DNA from: an uncultured Verrucomicrobiae bacterium
GTDB lineage: Bacteria > Chlamydiota > Chlamydiia > Chlamydiales > Rhabdochlamydiaceae
Length of the DNA: 11,700 nucleotides
Reading direction: 5' to 3'
NCBI GenBank assembly: GCA_963813135.1
Contig: CAWEXY010000001.1
Coordinates: 1-11,700 of the forward strand
The notes under the pieces were generated by a model. The model worked only from the letters and a program-made list of their open reading frames with translations. It was not told where the DNA came from and did no database searches. The position numbers were made by a program, and so were the translations under genes. This document shows, piece after piece, positions 8,402-11,700 of the stretch (position 1 is its first letter; each line of letters begins with the position of its first letter).

Positions 8402-8706
8402 GGCTTTCTTTCCCCAAATTCACTTGCAAAAGCTGCGATGAGAGTTTCTATGGCTTCTTTAGCATCTTCGCCCACAGCCTCCAGCCCAATGAGGCTGTTT
8501 TTTTTGATCGCTAACATGAGAAGGTTCATGATACTGCGTGCATCGACGACTTGATCCCGATAGGAGATAGAGACAGAAGAAGAATAGCCTTGCAATATTT
8601 TTGCAATGACGGCCGCGGGGCGCGCATGCAGTCCAAGGCGGTTCTTAACCTTGACTGTTTTCTTCACCCGTTTCAACTTTGTGTCCCCTTTTTTGGACAA
8701 TGCCAT
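8398..8706 (-). CDS. ptsH: Phosphocarrier protein HPr
   Basis: His15 motif NRLGLHARPA and Ser46 motif DARSIMNLLML. The true start may be TTG at 8676, which is preceded by AAGGGG. Confidence 0.93.
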   Translation of the reverse strand: MALSKKGDTKLKRVKKTVKVKNRLGLHARPAAVIAKILQGYSSSVSISYRDQVVDARSIMNLLMLAIKKNSLIGLEAVGEDAKEAIETLIAAFASEFGERKP

Positions 8707-8745
8707 TGGTCTTTTTTATCTACAAGATGCCTTTGTAAGCAGTCT

Positions 8746-8774
8746 AATATAGCATTTTCATTTTCTTTTGTGAA
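8746..8774 (-). promoter_or_regulatory. Putative sigma70/sigma66-type promoter for ptsH-ptsI
   Basis: Minus strand TTCACA (8774-8769), 17-nt spacer, TATATT (8751-8746), in the divergent intergenic region. Confidence 0.45.
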
Positions 8775-8791
8775 AGAGAGATTTTGCGCAA

Positions 8792-8820
8792 TTGTCAAAA
8801 ACGCAGGGAACCGCTATCGT
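8792..8820 (+). promoter_or_regulatory. Putative sigma70/sigma66-type promoter for ndh(-comEC)
   Basis: TTGTCA (8792-8797), 17-nt spacer, TATCGT (8815-8820). ATG follows 6 nt later at 8827. Confidence 0.5.
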
Positions 8821-8826
8821 GGCACT

Positions 8827-10075
8827 ATGAAAGTTGTCATCGTTGGGGGTGGTTTTGGCGGGCTCAACGTCGCTAAAAAGCTCAAAAAAGCAAAAGCCGA
8901 TGTCCTGCTCGTCGACAAAACAAACCATCATCTCTTCCAACCGCTTCTCTATCAAGTAGCAAGCGCCGCGCTCTCTCCTGGAGAGATCGCCATTCCGATT
9001 CGAGAGATCTTGCGCAAACAAGAAAATGTTACCGTCATCATGGGCGACGTTGTCCGCGTCGATAAAAATACCCGGCATATCGAAATGCTCAATGGCGATC
9101 GCTTTGAATATGATTACCTCGTGCTCGCCGTCGGCGCCAAGCATTCCTATTTTGGCAAGGACGAGTGGGAACAGTTTGCGCCCGGCCTTAAAACCATTAA
9201 AGATGCCCTGAACATCCGCGAAGAAGTCCTCATATCGTTTGAAAAAGCGGAACGGCTGGACAATCTCTCGGAAGCTGACAAATATCTCAATTTTATCATC
9301 ATTGGCGGCGGTCCGACCGGCGTTGAAATGGCCGGAGCCGTCGCCGAAATTGCGCACCATACGATGTTCAAGAATTTCCGGCGCATCCGGCCTGAAAAAT
9401 CGCAAATATTTCTAATCGAGGCCTTTCCCCAAATCCTGCCCACCTATCCCGAAAAATTAGCCACCTATGCGCGCAAAGACCTCGAAAAAATGGGCGTACG
9501 CGTGATCACGGGGAAAAAAGTAACAAACATTACTGCCGAAGGCGTGCAAGTCGAAGAAACTTTTTATCCGTGCAAAAATATCATTTGGGCTGCGGGGAAC
9601 CAAGCCGCTCCCCTTCTCAAAACTTTAGATGTTCCCCTCGACAGGCAAGGCCGCGTGCTCGTTGAGCCCGATCTTCCATCCCGGCAATCCTGAAATTTTT
9701 GTGATCGGCGATGCCGCCTGTTCCATGGGGAAGAATGGCAAACCGCTTCCCGGAATCGCTCCAGTAGCTATCCAGCAAGGCAAATATCGTCGCCCATCTT
9801 GTTCAAAAAAGCGCATAAAAAAAGATCCCCCTTCCATTACTTCGACAAAGGAAGCATGGCCACTATCGGCGGGAAAAGCGATAGCGATGGTAGGCAAGCT
9901 GCAGTTGACGGGCATCGTGGCCTGGCTCATGTGGTGTTTTATCCACATCGTGTACCTCATCGGTTTTAGAAATCGTCTTACGGTAATGCTCGAATGGTTC
10001 CTATTTTATTTGACTGGGCAAAGAGGAGCGCGGCTTATCTACAGTTCGGTCGAGAGTCATTTCGCTCGCAAATAG
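8827..10075 (+). CDS. ndh: Type II NADH:quinone oxidoreductase (NDH-2); several frameshifts between about 9673 and 9875
   Basis: MKVVIVGGGFGG (FAD), HLFQPLLYQVA, YDYLVLAVG, IIGGGPTGVEMAG (NADH), WAAG, FVIGD, APVAIQQG, FDKGSMATIG, C-terminal amphipathic WLMWCFIHIVYLIGFRNR. The ORF-track start at 8551 is spurious because it overlaps ptsH. Confidence 0.9.
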
Positions 10076-10115
10076 CCCGCAAAGCTCCAGCGTTTACTTA
10101 GGCCTTTTCGCTCTA

Positions 10116-11452
10116 TTGGGCGCCGCTATAGCCTATGCGCCTAATTTTTGCTATACACTGCCGCTCACCCTACTAATTCTCTGGTCTCCCGCAAAATCGC
10201 TGCGCTACATAGGCCTTTCTTTTTGCGGCGCTTTTTTTCTTTATGCGCAAATAGTTCACCATTTTCCGACTGCTCCTGAAATCGAAGCGGATGGAGCTTT
10301 TACCATTGAGTCCATCGCCCGGCAAAGCGGGCCTTTTAATAAGACGCTCCTCTATAAAGGCTCTTACAAAAACATTCCTTGCCGCGCTTATTTTGCCCTC
10401 AATAAAGAGCGTCCTATCGGTTCTTCGGTGCATGTGAAAGGCAAGCTCCTCCAAAAAGATCCTAAAAATTTTGTCCTCAAACCTAAGTCGTGGGAAAACT
10501 CCCCGCCTGGGATCGCCGAGTGGCGGTTCCACTCAAAGAAAAATTTTTCGGATATTTGCAACAAAAGATCCCCGATAGCCGCACGCGCGTCTTTTTGTCG
10601 TCGATGATCACGGGCGATATCGAAGAGCGCCTCATCTCGATGGAATTTGGCCGCCTCGGCCTGCAGCATATCTTAGGAGTATCAGGCTTTCAGTTTATCC
10701 TCATTGCAGCTGCCCTAGGGCTGCTCCTGCGGGCTGTTCCTTCCGTACATGTGGGCCTCGTCTCTTCTCCTCGTACTTCTCACCGCTTATTTTTTCTTTC
10801 TCGGCCCCTCGCCGCCTGTCATGCGAGCCTGGGCGGCCTCCACTGTCTATCTCCTGGGCATCCTTCTCAATCGCCCCACGTCAGCCATCAACGCGCTAGG
10901 GGTCGGCCTGCTCTTTGAGCTAGCGCTAGATCCTCTTGTTATCACTAACATCGGTTTTCAGCTCAGCTTTATCTGCACCGCGGCCATTCTTCTTGTCTAC
11001 CCATCCATGCATCGGCTCTTTCTTCGATTGCTGCCGCAGCGGCCTTTGCAGGAGCTTAAGAGTTCTCCCTTCTGGACAAGCATGCCTACCTCATCGGCGC
11101 GCTCCTGCGCGAGAGCTTGGCGCTCAATGCCGCGGTCCACCTTCTCGCGCTTCCTGTCCTGCTTTGCCTCTTTGGAAAATTTCCGCTGCTCAGTCTCGTC
11201 TACAACCTCTTTTTCCCATTTCTGGCCGCCATTTCCTTCTGTTTACTTCTTGCAGCGCTGCCGTTTCCCTTTCTTTTCCCGCTCTGCAACGCCTTCACGA
11301 AAGCGATTCTTATTATTACGACTTATCCGCCGATGATTTTAGACAGAGCGCTTCGCATTCCCGCACTGTCTCTGGGAGTAACTGTCTTGCTACTTACGTT
11401 GATTATTGTGCTAGCTTTAAGGGATCGTAAAAAAATAACCTTTGCAGAATAG
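10116..11452 (+). CDS. comEC: ComEC/Rec2 family DNA-uptake channel, split over four ORFs by frameshifts; start uncertain (probably 10060-10116)
   Basis: Competence-domain motifs across the frames: LSSMITGD, FGRLGLQHILGVSGFQ, GPSPPVMRA, LDPLVITNIGFQLSF, SLVYNLFFPF. Frame changes near 10530, 10732 and 11063. No C-terminal metallo-beta-lactamase domain. Confidence 0.85.
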
Positions 11453-11588
11453 CAGGGCATTATTGCGAATTCACCTATGAAAAATCCCTCGTCGGCCATG
11501 TTGCTTCAACATGGCCCTCCTCGGGATTTTCCATATCTGAATCACACTAAACCCTCCTATTTGCAAGAGTTATTCTTTTACGATCCCT
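11420..11588 (-). repeat. 169-nt single-hairpin palindromic (MITE/RPE-like) element B
   Basis: Perfect 13-bp terminal inverted repeat AGGGATCGTAAAA (11420-11432) / TTTTACGATCCCT (11576-11588). Pairing runs almost continuously to the apical stem GGCCATGTTG-ctt-CAACATGGCC (11494-11516). Five A/C mismatches on + become G-U pairs on -. Confidence 0.8.
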
Positions 11589-11700
11589 AAGCCTTTATCG
11601 AAAGCCTCAGCATTTGCCTGGGCGCGGTGAAGGTTCTCTTGATTTTGCGTGATCTTTTTAAAATCTTCCATCGAATGGATGATGAGCGGACGGACAAAGA
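11570..11700 (-). CDS. C-terminus of a probable secretin (SctC/GspD family outer-membrane pore), truncated by the window edge
   Basis: Minus frame reads FVRPLIIHSMEDFKKITQNQENLHRAQANAEAFDKGLGIVKE*. (I)FVRPxII resembles the final secretin-domain strand IF[IV]xPxII. Only about 43 codons are visible. Confidence 0.55.
   Translation of the reverse strand, partial: FVRPLIIHSMEDFKKITQNQENLHRAQANAEAFDKGLGIVKE

Noticed and set aside
8768..8800. Rex operator upstream of ndh (TTGTGAA half-site; nearby TTGCGCAA palindrome)
   Set aside because: The second half-site TTCACAA is absent at the required spacing.
8551..8826. 92-aa N-terminal extension of NDH-2 in the ORF track
   Set aside because: It overlaps ptsH on the opposite strand and the promoter region. 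Family homology begins at MKVVIVGGG (8827).
6637..11452. True pseudogene status for ptsI, ndh and comEC
   Set aside because: Only small indels are present, with no nonsense substitutions or broad motif decay, and the same defect occurs in essential dnaX. Sequencing error is more parsimonious.
1..11700. CRISPR array, transposase/integrase, prophage or defence system
   Set aside because: No spaced direct repeats were seen, and every long ORF is explained by a housekeeping family.

Overview
Core-genome window, most likely from an environmental Chlamydiota genome. This is inferred from the dnaX-ybaB><ptsI-ptsH<>x-comEC gene order, which I recall from Chlamydia, and from the Chlamydia-type DnaX C-terminus. 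Genes in order: partial YkgJ-like Cys-cluster protein, phosphohexomutase, SDR, 7TM-HD (PgpH-like) phosphohydrolase, dnaX, ybaB/ebfC, ptsI, ptsH, type II NADH dehydrogenase, comEC, and the 3' end of a secretin. dnaX, ptsI, ndh and comEC are each split by small indels, mostly in homopolymers, which look like long-read or assembly errors rather than biology. The main unexplained signal is two long fold-back elements, 4813-4999 (folds best on +) and 11420-11588 (folds best on -). Their terminal repeats are unrelated, yet both carry the same C-GAGGA...GACGA-G tandem-GA internal motif. The first overlaps the dnaX initiation region, and the second supplies the stop codons of both convergent neighbours. 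All pairings were worked out by hand; no folding program or database search was run.
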